Shown piece after piece: positions 47,489-58,490 of a stretch of 64,000 nucleotides of DNA (the first letter of the stretch is position 1; each line of letters opens with the position of its first letter). The translations under genes and the position numbers were made by a program. The DNA comes from Spirochaetales bacterium. Its GTDB lineage: Bacteria > Spirochaetota > Spirochaetia > DSM-27196 > SLAA01. The stretch spans positions 11,447-75,446 of the forward strand of contig SLAA01000010.1 of NCBI GenBank assembly GCA_007127105.1, given 5' to 3'. The notes beneath the pieces were generated by a model that saw nothing but the letters and a program-made list of their open reading frames with translations, made no database searches and was not told the DNA's origin.

Positions 47489-47532
47489 TTGGCGGATCCG
47501 AAATTACGGTTGAACAAGGAAGGAATGAGAGT

Positions 47533-48969
47533 ATGGCATACATAGCAAACAGCGACAAAGACCGAGCGGAAATGTTACAGGCTATAGGGGTCGGCTCGAT
47601 TCAAGAATTGTTTGACGATATTCCGAAATCCCTTCGGTTCCCGGAACTTAACCTACCAGCGCCTTACTCAGAGTTGGACTGCATGGCCGAACTAGATAGC
47701 TTGGCCGTGGAAAATCTAAGTTCAGGCTCCTCGTTGTCCTTCCTGGGTGCCGGTGCCTGGAATCATTTCATACCGAGTATCGTTCCGTTCCTCGCCGGAA
47801 GAGGTGAGTTTGCCACCGCGTATACGCCATACCAGGCAGAGGCCAGCCAAGGAACCTTGCAGGCGGTATTTGAATACCAAAGCATGATCTCGGAACTCAT
47901 TGGTATGGAGGTGGTTAACGCCTCTCACTATGACGGTTCCACCTCACTTGCCGAGGCCGCAATGATGAGCGTTAATGTTGCGCGTGGTAAACGCAAGAAG
48001 GTACTGGTTTCTGGGGGTGTGCATCCGGAGTATCGGCGAGTCATGCAGACCTATCTCCAGGCGATGGATGTTGAGTTACTGGGAGTAGTTGGATCCTCTC
48101 CTCCAAGTCCAGAAGCTTTTCTGGAGGCCGGTGGAGACCCTGCCTCGCCCTTTGCTGGAAACCCGCGAGCCGAGGTTGAGGCATTGGCCAAGGCTGCGGA
48201 TGAGCATACTGCTTGTGTGGTCGTATCGAGTCCCGACTTCTTCGGGAGAATTATTGACCTGGACGGTATTGCGCAAGAGCTAAAGGCCAAAGGCGTCCTC
48301 TTGATCGTCAACACCGAACCCATCTCTCTTGCGTTGTTTCGCGATCCAGGTAGTTACGGTGCCGATATAGTCACCGGCGAGGGCCAGCCCCTAGGAATTG
48401 ATCTCTCTTACGGCGGCCCTTACCTCGGAATATTCGGAACTCGCAAAGAACTCGTTCGGAAGATGCCTGGGCGTCTTGCAGGCGCGACCGTCGACACTGA
48501 AGGGAGCCGGGGCTTTGTTCTAACGCTAAACACCCGCGAACAACACATACGGCGAGAAAAGGCAACGAGCAATATTTGTACGAACCAGGGTCTTATGGCC
48601 TTGCGAGCGGCAATCTATCTTACCGCAATGGGGCCAGAAGGCCTTAAGCGCGTAGCCGAGCTTTGTTATCATCGCTCGCACTATACGGCGGAACGAATTA
48701 ACGAGCTTCCCGGCTACTCGGTGCCGGACTTGAGTGCGCCTGTAGGTGGAAACCAGTCAAATTCTGTCTTCTTTAAAGAGTTTGTGGTGCGTACACCAAG
48801 ACCGGCGAAAGACCTCATCAACGAGCTTGCTGAAGAAGGAATCGTCCCGGGACTCGACCTCGGCCGATATTTTCCTGCACGGAAAAATGAGCTCTTGGTT
48901 GCGGTGACGGAAATGAACAGCAGGCTTGAGATCGACGCCCTTGTTGAGGCTCTGGAGGAGCAGTCATGA
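47533..48969 (+). CDS. gcvPA: Glycine dehydrogenase (decarboxylating) subunit 1
   Basis: 478 aa. Has TAYTPYQAEASQG, the typical split P-protein alpha subunit motif. Confidence 0.93.
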   Translation: MAYIANSDKDRAEMLQAIGVGSIQELFDDIPKSLRFPELNLPAPYSELDCMAELDSLAVENLSSGSSLSFLGAGAWNHFIPSIVPFLAGRGEFATAYTPYQAEASQGTLQAVFEYQSMISELIGMEVVNASHYDGSTSLAEAAMMSVNVARGKRKKVLVSGGVHPEYRRVMQTYLQAMDVELLGVVGSSPPSPEAFLEAGGDPASPFAGNPRAEVEALAKAADEHTACVVVSSPDFFGRIIDLDGIAQELKAKGVLLIVNTEPISLALFRDPGSYGADIVTGEGQPLGIDLSYGGPYLGIFGTRKELVRKMPGRLAGATVDTEGSRGFVLTLNTREQHIRREKATSNICTNQGLMALRAAIYLTAMGPEGLKRVAELCYHRSHYTAERINELPGYSVPDLSAPVGGNQSNSVFFKEFVVRTPRPAKDLINELAEEGIVPGLDLGRYFPARKNELLVAVTEMNSRLEIDALVEALEEQS

Positions 48970-50417
48970 AGAAGGAACGACCCAAACTGTTATTTGAACT
49001 TTCTCGACCTGGTCGTCGTGCGGTCCGACTACCGGAGAATGAAGTGCCAACGACCGAGATTCCAGCGGGGCTACGTCGCGAGAAACTCACACTACCTGAG
49101 TTAAGTGAGCTTGATGTGGTGCGATACTTCACCAGGCTTTCGCAACTCAACTTTTCCATAGATACTAACTTCTACCCGCTGGGATCCTGTACCATGAAGT
49201 ACAATCCCAAGCTAAATGAGGCTACATCCTCGCTTGAGGGCTTTGCGGGACATCATCCTCTTATGCCAATGAAATTCTCACAAGGCAGTCTTGAACTCAT
49301 ATATAGGCTCCAGGCTCAACTCAGCGATATTTCCGGATTCACACAAACCAGCCTTCAACCGGCTGCCGGAGCTCAAGGTGAGCTCACGGGTGTACTCATG
49401 ATACGGGCCTATCATACCCAGCGCGGCGACACAAAGCGGCAAAAGATGCTCATTCCCGATAGCGCTCACGGTACGAATCCAGCAACCGTGACGATGGCGG
49501 GATACGAAGCTGTAGAAATTCCATCGGATGCAGAAGGTAACGTAGATCTCCAAGCGCTGAAGGCAGCTTGCGACGATACTGTTGCCGGGCTGATGATCAC
49601 CAATCCTAATACCCTGGGGCTGTTTGAGCGGGGCATTGAGCAGGTTACCAAGGCAGTGCATGATTGTGGAGGACTGGTGTACGGCGACGGTGCGAACATG
49701 AACGCGATTCTTGGTATTCTCCGGCCTGGAGATGTCGGAATTGACGTTATGCACTTCAATCTGCACAAAACCTTCTCAACTCCGCATGGCGGCGGGGGAC
49801 CAGGAGCCGGACCGGTCGCCGCTAACGAGAAACTTGTTGAGTTTCTTCCGGGCCCAATTGTGGAGGAAAGCGATGACGGATTTCGGTTTCGTATGCCGAA
49901 ACATACCATTGGGCGTGTGAAGGCCTTTCATGGAAATTTCGGAATGCTTGTACGAGCCTTTACCTACATACTGAGCAACGGTGCTTCAGGGTTACGCGAG
50001 ATTTCAGAGATTGCTGTACTCAATGCCAACTATCTCAAGCATAAGCTTGCTGAGGTCTTTCCGGCCAAATATAACCGAACCTGCATGCATGAGTTTGTTG
50101 CGGTTGGTAAGTTGAGTGATCGAGTTCATACCATGGATGTGGCAAAAAGGCTGCTTGACTACGGAATGCATGCACCCACCGTGTATTTTCCTCTCATTGT
50201 CAAAGAGGCGCTTATGATTGAGCCGACCGAAAGTGAAAGCGTAGAAACCCTTGACGAGTTTGCCGAAATTCTTCTGAAGATTGCCAAGGAAGCTGAGGAG
50301 AACCCGGAACTTCTGGAGCAAGCTCCGCATGAAATGCCGCTCAGACGGCTCGATGAGGTCTACGCCGCCAAGAATCTGGTGTTACGAGCTCAGGACCTTG
50401 CCGAAGTTCAGCCCTAA
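48966..50417 (+). CDS. gcvPB: Glycine dehydrogenase (decarboxylating) subunit 2
   Basis: 483 aa. PLP-lysine region NLHKTFSTPHGGGGPG. ATGA overlap with gcvPA. Confidence 0.93.
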   Translation: MKKERPKLLFELSRPGRRAVRLPENEVPTTEIPAGLRREKLTLPELSELDVVRYFTRLSQLNFSIDTNFYPLGSCTMKYNPKLNEATSSLEGFAGHHPLMPMKFSQGSLELIYRLQAQLSDISGFTQTSLQPAAGAQGELTGVLMIRAYHTQRGDTKRQKMLIPDSAHGTNPATVTMAGYEAVEIPSDAEGNVDLQALKAACDDTVAGLMITNPNTLGLFERGIEQVTKAVHDCGGLVYGDGANMNAILGILRPGDVGIDVMHFNLHKTFSTPHGGGGPGAGPVAANEKLVEFLPGPIVEESDDGFRFRMPKHTIGRVKAFHGNFGMLVRAFTYILSNGASGLREISEIAVLNANYLKHKLAEVFPAKYNRTCMHEFVAVGKLSDRVHTMDVAKRLLDYGMHAPTVYFPLIVKEALMIEPTESESVETLDEFAEILLKIAKEAEENPELLEQAPHEMPLRRLDEVYAAKNLVLRAQDLAEVQP

Positions 50418-50439
50418 GAGCTATACTCAAACGATAACG

Positions 50440-50481
50440 CCCGCGCCACTTGGTTTATAAAGCAGGTGGCGCGGGTTTTTT
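50440..50481 (+). terminator. Rho-independent terminator of the gcv operon
   Basis: cccgcgccac (50440-50449) pairs with gtggcgcggg (50466-50475), followed by T6. Confidence 0.75.
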
Positions 50482-50556
50482 CAACATCACCTAGCAAGCA
50501 TAAAACGGCGGACTACCCATTCCCGTTCATGTTTCCCAATTTCGAGGAGAAAAAAC

Positions 50557-52059
50557 ATGTCAACCTTACCTACGACTACCGATACCCTTACTGGAAAGAG
50601 CCTGAAGAGCGGTACAGATTACGATGTAAAAGACTTAGCCCTGGCCGACTGGGGTCGCAAGGAACTTGACGTTGCTGCACACGAAATGCCGGGTCTCATG
50701 GCGGTACGTGCGAAGTACGGGCCTGCCAAACCACTGGCGGGCGTACGTATTACCGGAAGTCTTCACATGACGATACAGACCGCAGTGCTGATTGAAACGC
50801 TCGTCGAGCTTGGCGCGAATGTGCGCTGGGCGAGCTGCAATATATTCTCAACCCAGGATCATGCCGCCGCCGCAGTGGTGGTAGGACCCCCAGCAAAGGG
50901 CGGCAGTCCTGATGATCCTCGGGGTGTTCCAGTCTTCGCCTGGAAAGGGGAAACCCTCGAGGAATACTGGGACTGTACCCTCAAGGCCCTCACCTTCCCG
51001 GGCGAGAATGGGGAACTTGGTCCACAGCTTATTGTTGACGATGGGGGAGATGCAACCCTGCTCATCCATAAGGGTTATGAGCTTGAGAATGGCTCGGACT
51101 GGGTTCACGGTGAGTCGGAGACGCGTGAAGAGGCAATTATCAAGGCTCTCTTGCTGCGTGTTAAGGCCGAGAATCCCAAAAAGTGGCATGACGTAGCCAA
51201 AGACTGGCGTGGGGTGAGTGAGGAAACAACTACCGGCGTACATCGACTCTACAAAATGGCCAAGGAAGATAGCCTGCTTGTTCCAGCTATCAATGTGAAC
51301 GACTCGGTTACAAAGAGCAAATTTGACAACCTCTATGGCTGCCGAGAGAGTTTGGTCGACGGCATCAAACGTGCAACCGATGTCATGATTGCAGGTAAAC
51401 TGGCCGTCATTTGTGGATATGGTGATGTAGGAAAAGGAAGTGCTCAGAGCCTTTTGGGGCTTGGTGCTCGTGTGATGGTGACCGAGGTAGATCCTATCTG
51501 CGCTCTGCAGGCATCCATGGAGGGCTACACCATTGCAACGCTTGAGGACAGTCTTGGACAGGCCGACATCTACGTTACCGCAACCGGAAATAGGGACGTG
51601 ATCACCCTTGAGCACATGGAAGCAATGAAAGACCAGGCAATAGTCTGCAACATAGGCCATTTTGACAATGAGATCCAGGTTGATAGGCTCAACGAGCGAG
51701 CAGACATACAACGAGTTGAGATCAAACCTCAGGTTGATAAGTACATCTTTCCGGATGGACATTGCATATATCTACTTGCCGAGGGTCGGCTGGTGAATCT
51801 TGGTTGCGCCACTGGACACCCAAGTTTCGTCATGAGCAACAGCTTCAGCAACCAGGCATTAGCCCAGATCGACCTTTGGGAGAAACGCGATGAGTACAAG
51901 ATCGATGTCTACACACTTCCAAAGTATCTTGACGAGGAAGTTGCACGACTCCATCTTGCACGAGTCGGAGCAAAACTCACTGAACTAACGCCCGAACAGG
52001 CTGCGTACATTGATGTGCCGGTGGAGGGACCGTATAAATCTGAGACCTATCGTTACTAG
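50557..52059 (+). CDS. ahcY: Adenosylhomocysteinase
   Basis: 500 aa. Has [25 protein letters not shown] and the NAD-binding [17 protein letters not shown]. Confidence 0.95.
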   Translation: MSTLPTTTDTLTGKSLKSGTDYDVKDLALADWGRKELDVAAHEMPGLMAVRAKYGPAKPLAGVRITGSLHMTIQTAVLIETLVELGANVRWASCNIFSTQDHAAAAVVVGPPAKGGSPDDPRGVPVFAWKGETLEEYWDCTLKALTFPGENGELGPQLIVDDGGDATLLIHKGYELENGSDWVHGESETREEAIIKALLLRVKAENPKKWHDVAKDWRGVSEETTTGVHRLYKMAKEDSLLVPAINVNDSVTKSKFDNLYGCRESLVDGIKRATDVMIAGKLAVICGYGDVGKGSAQSLLGLGARVMVTEVDPICALQASMEGYTIATLEDSLGQADIYVTATGNRDVITLEHMEAMKDQAIVCNIGHFDNEIQVDRLNERADIQRVEIKPQVDKYIFPDGHCIYLLAEGRLVNLGCATGHPSFVMSNSFSNQALAQIDLWEKRDEYKIDVYTLPKYLDEEVARLHLARVGAKLTELTPEQAAYIDVPVEGPYKSETYRY

Positions 52060-52093
52060 GTCGACATCCGAAGTTAGCAACAGGAGTAGTTGA

Positions 52094-53257
52094 GTGGAAA
52101 ACCGACGTTATCTTTTTACCTCCGAGTCTGTAAGCGAGGGACATCCTGACAAGCTCTGTGATCAGATCTCAGACGCCGTTTTAGACGCCTGTCTTCAGGA
52201 CGACCCTGAATCACGCGTGGCTTGTGAGTGCTTCACTACCACGGGTTTAGTGGTGGTTGGTGGTGAGATCACAACCGACACCTACGTTGATGTACAGGAT
52301 ATAGCTCGGGGTGTAGCAAAACGTATTGGGTACACCGATCCGGCCTACGGCCTTGACTACGAAAGCATGAGTGTGCTTTCGGCGATCCATGCGCAGAGCC
52401 CAGACATTAGTCAGGGCGTCAGTGGTACTGGATTGTATGAAGGGGAACAAGGTGCGGGCGATCAAGGAATGATGTTCGGTTTCGCGTGTAATGAAACACC
52501 GGAACTCATGCCAGCGCCGATTATGTATTCGCACCAAATTCTGCTCAAGGCAGCCGACCTGCGAAAAAAGGGCAAGCTCACCTGGTTGCGGCCGGACAGC
52601 AAAAGTCAGGTCACGATTGAGTATGACGGCTTCACACCGAAAAGAATTGACGCAGTTGTTCTGAGTCATCAACATGACGATGCAATTGGCTATGATGATC
52701 TCAAGGCCGCTCTTATTGAGAAGGTGCTCAAGCCGGTTCTCGAGCCGACTGGGCTCCTAGATACAGATACCAAGTTCTATGTGAACCCAACAGGGCGCTT
52801 TGTGATTGGCGGGCCGCATGGTGACTCCGGTTTAACGGGACGCAAAATAATTGTAGATACCTATGGTGGCGCCGGTCGGCATGGTGGCGGAGCTTTTTCC
52901 GGGAAAGACCCAAGCAAGGTGGACCGATCAGCGGCCTATATGGCGCGGTACGTTGCCAAGAATATCGTGGCTGCTCAGTTGGCAGATAGATGTGAGGTGC
53001 AGCTGTCGTACGCTATTGGTGTCCCCTTCCCTATTTCCGTAATGGTCGACACCTTTGGCACCGCCAAGGTTCCAGAGACGGCAATAGAGGCGGCAGTCCA
53101 GAAGGTTTTTGACCTGAGTCCACGAGGGATTAACCAAACCCTTGAGCTGAAACGCCCCATCTATGAGGAAACGGCCGCGTATGGGCATTTTGGCCGACCT
53201 CAGTTCTCCTGGGAACACACTGATCGTGCGGCTGATCTCCAGCGTGAGATATCCTGA
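52094..53257 (+). CDS. metK: S-adenosylmethionine synthetase
   Basis: 387 aa. [38 protein letters not shown] start 7 nt after CAGGAG. Confidence 0.95.
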   Translation: MENRRYLFTSESVSEGHPDKLCDQISDAVLDACLQDDPESRVACECFTTTGLVVVGGEITTDTYVDVQDIARGVAKRIGYTDPAYGLDYESMSVLSAIHAQSPDISQGVSGTGLYEGEQGAGDQGMMFGFACNETPELMPAPIMYSHQILLKAADLRKKGKLTWLRPDSKSQVTIEYDGFTPKRIDAVVLSHQHDDAIGYDDLKAALIEKVLKPVLEPTGLLDTDTKFYVNPTGRFVIGGPHGDSGLTGRKIIVDTYGGAGRHGGGAFSGKDPSKVDRSAAYMARYVAKNIVAAQLADRCEVQLSYAIGVPFPISVMVDTFGTAKVPETAIEAAVQKVFDLSPRGINQTLELKRPIYEETAAYGHFGRPQFSWEHTDRAADLQREIS

Positions 53258-53294
53258 TTTCTATCTTTCTTGTAGCGATTGATGATGGGAGGGG

Positions 53295-53314
53295 GCCAGC
53301 CCATATGGGCTGGC
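53295..53314. terminator. Perfect 20-bp palindrome between convergent metK and the OMP gene (possible bidirectional terminator)
   Basis: gccagcccatatgggctggc. There is no clear U-tract on either side. Confidence 0.3.
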
Positions 53315-53329
53315 AAACTCAGCAGTGAC

Positions 53330-54817
53330 TCAGTAGTGATGATCCAGGCCGATAAATATTTCGCGCTTGCTCCCCCCGGAAAATGACATGTCCTCCACTA
53401 CACGGCGCAGGTCGAATCCAAGAGAACCACGCAGATACAGTGCGCGGGCGAATAGTGGGAAGCCGAATACTTCAATGCCCGAACCGATCTTCCAGTCCTC
53501 ATCCTCGTCAAAGGAACGGTTATGGCTGCCGACAACCGCCGCATCCAGGAATACGGAGAATTGACCTTCGGCCACCGGTCGTAAGCGGAAAACACTCAAG
53601 GTGATATCTGCGTTAGCAAAGGCGCCGTAATCACCCTCAAGCTGGTCACGACTACTCCGCCGCCGCAGTATGCCGCGAACCTTCTCGGCGACTTGATCCT
53701 TGGCGTCAAAGTTGGTGAAAGCACCCGTTCGACCGGACACAGCGAAGGGAAAGTTCTGCGCAAATCCGCGCATCTCCGTGACGACGTCGCGTTCCCAGTC
53801 AAGGTGCTGAGCGTTGAAAGTATTGGTATTTGCCAGTGAAAACTGCGCGCCCTCTCGGAAGTTCCCGACCCAGTTTATTCGACCGGCAGTTAGCCGGTGA
53901 TCGAATGTAAGGCGCGTGCCACGACGGTCGGAGCTTATTTCCTCAAGAACCTTGTATCTTTGTCCAACAGCGACACCCGGGCTGTACTGGAGTCGTCCGA
54001 GTACAGGAAGAGCCACCGGTACGTCAAAACTCGTGCCATAGCCAAGTTCGGTGCCCAGATAGTAACCGTCTTCATCCGCATCTTCAGTGGTGTAAAAATA
54101 CTCTTGCTCAAGGCTGAGGGTCCAGAATCGGTCGAAAGCGCCAGGCAAGTTGAGTGCGATCTCCGTCTCGGCGCCGTATTCCTCGTAGGAACCAGTAAAC
54201 GCCATGGACGACTTGAGCTTCCAGCTCCAGTCGTATCCCTGCCAGGTGAAGGGCAGTAAGAACTCGAGTTCTATCGTGATCTCGTTGTCCTTGGCGTCTT
54301 CATCCTCAGGGGCTTCTCCCAAGTCCCGGTTCTCCCAGTCAAGTGTTACTGCAAGTCGTTCGAGAGTTCCGAAAAAGTTGTAGTCACGCGCCCGTAAGCT
54401 TAGCAGAAGGCCGTCGTTGGAGTCGTACCGGAAGTAGGGCAGTACCAGGATATTCCAGCTGTCTTGCGTCTGAACAAGAACAGAGAGCGGAACGACCCCA
54501 TTCTCCGGCGCTCCCATAACGTACTCGATTGACGCCTCCGCGAGCGGCCGTTGGTTAAGCAGCTCCTGTTCCCGATCGGCAATGTAGAGGTCAAGCTCGA
54601 GCTGTGACGTAAACTCCAGTCCGGGATAGACCTGAACCAGCCGTTTGATAACCCCTTCCTGCGTGCGCCCACGTACATCGAACTCTACCTGTTCGACTCT
54701 ATAGAGTGTGGCGATGCTATCTACCTCAGACTCTTGTCCGTGAAGTAACCCGACAAAAGAAAGTCCGAAAAGCAGAAGCCCGGATAGCAAGACCCTAGGT
54801 CGCGGTGTGAACAACAC
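53330..54817 (-). CDS. Omp85/BamA-TamA-superfamily outer-membrane beta-barrel protein
   Basis: 495 aa. Signal peptide, a POTRA-like N-terminal segment, alternating-hydrophobic beta-strand pattern, and an aromatic C-terminus (...IGLDHHY). Confidence 0.55.
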   Translation of the reverse strand: MLFTPRPRVLLSGLLLFGLSFVGLLHGQESEVDSIATLYRVEQVEFDVRGRTQEGVIKRLVQVYPGLEFTSQLELDLYIADREQELLNQRPLAEASIEYVMGAPENGVVPLSVLVQTQDSWNILVLPYFRYDSNDGLLLSLRARDYNFFGTLERLAVTLDWENRDLGEAPEDEDAKDNEITIELEFLLPFTWQGYDWSWKLKSSMAFTGSYEEYGAETEIALNLPGAFDRFWTLSLEQEYFYTTEDADEDGYYLGTELGYGTSFDVPVALPVLGRLQYSPGVAVGQRYKVLEEISSDRRGTRLTFDHRLTAGRINWVGNFREGAQFSLANTNTFNAQHLDWERDVVTEMRGFAQNFPFAVSGRTGAFTNFDAKDQVAEKVRGILRRRSSRDQLEGDYGAFANADITLSVFRLRPVAEGQFSVFLDAAVVGSHNRSFDEDEDWKIGSGIEVFGFPLFARALYLRGSLGFDLRRVVEDMSFSGGSKREIFIGLDHHY

Positions 54818-55001
54818 TTGAGCATCCTTTCGTCGGAGAATACCATGCGCAGCGGCACGTCCAACACTTCAAAGCTTAGCATAATACTGTAGTGTTGCTC
54901 GAATGCTGTCAAGAAGAGTGTGATTTCTGAAGCGGAGTTCCTGGATTGCTCCTCAGCGATAGCACTTGCCTTCAGGCGACACCGACACTATTTTTCCTTC
55001 C

Positions 55002-56171
55002 ATGGCAGCGCCTCTAGATGAGTCTGCAAACCTAACAACTCCGGAACAACTCAAATCGAGTTTATCCACCACCGCATTTGCTTTCCGTGGCTACAACGTC
55101 ACAAATCTGGGTCGAACACCGGAGCTCTTAGAGCACCATGTCTACGGATCGGTTGTTGAGCGACATCTCCGGGAGGCGGGCGAGGTCTGCGAGAAGGTTT
55201 CCTCCCGTCCGGTTGACCTCCCGTCTCAGGTGCGTTCCCGTACCGAAACCTCGGTCACACGATATCCAGAGGCTGTAGCGCTTATTTGTGCAACCGAGAT
55301 GGCCCAGCTTTCCTTGCTCGAGAAGTTCTTTGGTATTCCCTACCATCACACTCGGATTGCCTTTGGCTTCAGCCTTGGAGAGATTGTGGCCTTGGCTGCG
55401 GGTGGGGTTTTTGACTGGCGGGTGGGTATGCGTGTTCCCTTAGAGTTGGCGGAAGACTGTGCCGAGCTCGCGCAAGACGTCACTATGGGTGTTCTCTTTT
55501 CCCGGGATGCAGTCATAGCTATGGAAGACGTGCAACGCCTCTGTATCCGGATTAACAACGAGAATGACGGCCTGATAGGGATTTCTTCACAGTTGGCTCC
55601 GAACGCGTTCTTACTGCTGGGACAAGGAAGTACTATAGATCGGTTTAAGGCGCGTATGCACAGTCACCTATCACGCAGAGTGAATTTACGGAAGAACACC
55701 GACAGCTGGCCCCCTCTGCACACCCCAATCGTCCGTCTCAAGTACATTAGCGACCGTTCCGCCAATCTTCTTCATACCCTCGAGGGAGGTTTTATGGCCC
55801 CGAGTGTCCCAACCTTGTCCATGGTGACCGGAAAGGCGAGCTACAACGACTACAACGCTCGAGACCTGTTGCGCAACTGGACCGATCATCCACAATTACT
55901 CTGGGATGTAGTGTACGAATCTCTCTGGATGGGGGTGCAGACCATCGTGCATGTGGGTCCAGGCCCGAACATTATTCCCTCTACCTTTCAACGTCTCAGT
56001 GACAATGTGAGAACCCAGATCAAGGCAAACTTTGGTGTCTGGACCTTGTCCGAGGTGGTTCGCAGGCAATGGCTGCAGACGGTGCTCCCTAACCGTACGG
56101 CACTTCTGCGTGCCCCATTTGTGCGCCATATCATGCTTGAGGACTGGCTCCTGGAACACGCTCCGGAGTAA
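55002..56171 (+). CDS. Divergent FabD-like (malonyl-CoA:ACP transacylase superfamily) acyltransferase
   Basis: Nucleophile elbow GFSLGEIVALAAGGVF, where canonical FabD has GHSLGE. The FAFRGYNVTNLG segment aligns where FabD has FPGQGSQ. ATG at 55002; the ORF track starts at the TTG at 54966. Confidence 0.5.
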   Translation: MAAPLDESANLTTPEQLKSSLSTTAFAFRGYNVTNLGRTPELLEHHVYGSVVERHLREAGEVCEKVSSRPVDLPSQVRSRTETSVTRYPEAVALICATEMAQLSLLEKFFGIPYHHTRIAFGFSLGEIVALAAGGVFDWRVGMRVPLELAEDCAELAQDVTMGVLFSRDAVIAMEDVQRLCIRINNENDGLIGISSQLAPNAFLLLGQGSTIDRFKARMHSHLSRRVNLRKNTDSWPPLHTPIVRLKYISDRSANLLHTLEGGFMAPSVPTLSMVTGKASYNDYNARDLLRNWTDHPQLLWDVVYESLWMGVQTIVHVGPGPNIIPSTFQRLSDNVRTQIKANFGVWTLSEVVRRQWLQTVLPNRTALLRAPFVRHIMLEDWLLEHAPE

Positions 56172-56264
56172 CCAGAAGCAAGAACGGCAGGAAACCGGAA
56201 AACGCGCAGACCTTGTGATAAAATAGTATTTCGTATAAGCTCCGAGCACTGATTAACTAATGTA

Positions 56265-57344
56265 TTGGAGATAGAATTGATTCCTGCCCTAACGGCAATG
56301 GCACTCGCCTTCGGTGCGGGTATGATACTCATTCCATTGCTTATGAAGCTCTCAGCAATGAAGGGCTGGTTCGATATTGCCGATGAACGCAAGATCCACA
56401 GTGGCCAGGTTCCTTTTCTCGGCGGCGTGGGGATCTTTTTTGCCTTCATGTTTGCGGCCGTTGTTGTGTTCCTGGTATTTCTAGCCCGAGATCCTGCACG
56501 AGATTTTGCGGCGCGCTACTATGCGCTTCTGCTTATAGGCCTTACCTTTATTCATGCCGTCGGTGTATTCGACGACTTCATTAACATTCATGCTATGCGC
56601 AAACTCATACTCCAGGTTATTGCAGCTGGCATCATTACGGCTGGCGGTGTCGTGATTCATGGCTTTTCGGTACCCGTGTTAGGAATTCAGGTTCAGTTCG
56701 GGTTGCTTGCGTATCCAATTTCCGTGCTATGGATTATTGGAATTGGAAATGCCGTGAATCTCATTGACGGCATGGATGGTATGGCTGGCGGTGTGGCTGC
56801 GTTTATCGCCGTAGCAATGCTCGTGCTGGGTGTGGTTGCAGGAGATCAGCTGGTAACCTTGTTATCGGCAGCGCTGATTGGCGCACTTATGAGTTTCCTT
56901 GTATTTAATGCACCGCCTGCATCCATTTTCATGGGAGATGGTGGATCACTCTTTCTAGGATACATCATTGCCATACTTCCCATTATGCACAGCTCACTTC
57001 CTAACCCGGGCCTGGATTTTACTATTCCCGTAACCCTTCTCCTCATTCCCATTCTTGATACCGTAAGTGCGATCCTAAGACGGCAACGGCGACGACTTCC
57101 CATTCATCAACCTGACAAGGAACACGCTCACCACAAGCTGTTAGCTCTAGGTCTGTCACCACGGCAAGCACTTCTCGTTGTGTATGGTATGAGCGCACTC
57201 ATTTCCGGCGCAGTAATCGTGTATGTAGTGGAACGTGACGGTCTGGGTATGGTACTGCTGGCTGTCGCCTGGATGGCCTCGATTTCGGCATTCCTTATGT
57301 TGTCGCGGGTTCACCGGGTTCAAGTACGCCACAACCGCAAGTAA
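56265..57344 (+). CDS. Polyprenyl-phosphate N-acetylhexosamine-1-phosphate transferase (GT4, WecA/MraY family)
   Basis: 359 aa, multi-TM. Has DD.IN..A..KL, NAVNLIDGMDGMAGG and FMGDGGS. TTG start; an alternative ATG is at 56298. Confidence 0.85.
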   Translation: MEIELIPALTAMALAFGAGMILIPLLMKLSAMKGWFDIADERKIHSGQVPFLGGVGIFFAFMFAAVVVFLVFLARDPARDFAARYYALLLIGLTFIHAVGVFDDFINIHAMRKLILQVIAAGIITAGGVVIHGFSVPVLGIQVQFGLLAYPISVLWIIGIGNAVNLIDGMDGMAGGVAAFIAVAMLVLGVVAGDQLVTLLSAALIGALMSFLVFNAPPASIFMGDGGSLFLGYIIAILPIMHSSLPNPGLDFTIPVTLLLIPILDTVSAILRRQRRRLPIHQPDKEHAHHKLLALGLSPRQALLVVYGMSALISGAVIVYVVERDGLGMVLLAVAWMASISAFLMLSRVHRVQVRHNRK

Positions 57345-57357
57345 CAGCCGCACACAA

Positions 57358-58431
57358 CTATAGACGCCCATCTGAAGCAGGGAAAATGTCACCGTACTCA
57401 AAAAAAACCAGGGTTCGCAGGAAGGCCTCTCCACGATGAGCCCTGCGCCGATACAGCTCGTGACGGCCATCGGTAAATACGCTGATCCGAGCGTTGGGAA
57501 GAAACCGCTCCAGCACCGAGAGGTTATGGCGCCACGCCACAATGTCATCGTCGTTTCCTTGCAGAATCAACACTTCCGCGGGGTTCGGACGAGCCCTCTC
57601 TATACGTACCGCATAGCGGTTTGCAGCCACGACCCAACTAAGGGGCATGGTGCGAGCGGCCAGAGGATCGCTATCATCGGTTGCAATTTGAGGCACCACC
57701 TGCCGAAATGCCGCGGTAAGCGGTGGCAGCACAGGATACCCACGAAACCGTATAAGAGGTGATGCTAAGGCAATACGGCTGTACTCCTCCCCATAGCCCT
57801 GTCGAAGCAGTTCCAAAAAAGCTGCAGCACCGGTACTGAATCCTATCCCAAAATACGGTGTCGGAAAGGCTTGCTCCACTCCATACCTATGAACCGCCTG
57901 AAGGCAGTGCGCGTACTCCCCAAAGTCGTCTATCCCTCCTGGCCGACCACTGGAGAGACCGTGGCCTGGCAAGTCCATGGCCAATACCGCATATCCGTGC
58001 TCGCTGAATCTCCGAATAAGGTAAGACAAATGTCCGGCATGAGACAGATAGCCGTGCACAATGACTACCGTTCCTGCACTTATGGGGCCTAGGGGATGGA
58101 ACTCATGGATCGCTATCTGGTAGGGGAGGGCGTTCGAAGCCCCGCTCGGGGCACATGACAAATAGCTCGTGCTGCGGTAGCTCACCGGAAAGTCAAGTTC
58201 ATACATAGTATAGAATTCTGAAGGTTCTGGTATGATTCGCCCCTCGGAGACCCGTGGACGCGGTGGCACAGCGCAGCCTTGGACGGCAAGTCCCAATCCA
58301 AGAGCGAGGGCGAGTCCCAAAAACGCACCTGTGACCCGACTCCCAGGGTGCCGCCATCCTGGCGTTCGAGCTCGTTTGTGCCTGTTTTGAGTGATCTGAA
58401 CCATAATGCCAAAGTGTAAACCGCTGAGCAT
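57358..58431 (-). CDS. Alpha/beta-hydrolase lipoprotein (lysophospholipase/monoglyceride-lipase-like)
   Basis: 357 aa. Lipobox LAVQGC, oxyanion HGYLSH, nucleophile elbow GFSTG. Confidence 0.65.
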   Translation of the reverse strand: MLSGLHFGIMVQITQNRHKRARTPGWRHPGSRVTGAFLGLALALGLGLAVQGCAVPPRPRVSEGRIIPEPSEFYTMYELDFPVSYRSTSYLSCAPSGASNALPYQIAIHEFHPLGPISAGTVVIVHGYLSHAGHLSYLIRRFSEHGYAVLAMDLPGHGLSSGRPGGIDDFGEYAHCLQAVHRYGVEQAFPTPYFGIGFSTGAAAFLELLRQGYGEEYSRIALASPLIRFRGYPVLPPLTAAFRQVVPQIATDDSDPLAARTMPLSWVVAANRYAVRIERARPNPAEVLILQGNDDDIVAWRHNLSVLERFLPNARISVFTDGRHELYRRRAHRGEAFLRTLVFFEYGDIFPASDGRL

Positions 58432-58490
58432 ATCGCCGCAACATCACTTGCGTTGACACGAACCTGAATTAGCAGTATTTCTCTTCTACC

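Noticed and set aside
50482-50556. SAH, SAM-II or SAM/SAH riboswitch upstream of ahcY-metK.
   Set aside because: Only about 75 nt lie between the gcv terminator and the ahcY ATG. I saw no conserved riboswitch core, only a weak 5-bp hairpin (aacgg...ccgtt).
50848-51762. 304-aa minus-strand ORF, the longest unexplained ORF in the track.
   Set aside because: It is completely antisense to ahcY, whose reading frame is strongly conserved. The translation has no motif or signal I recognise. A long stop-free antisense frame is common opposite highly expressed genes.
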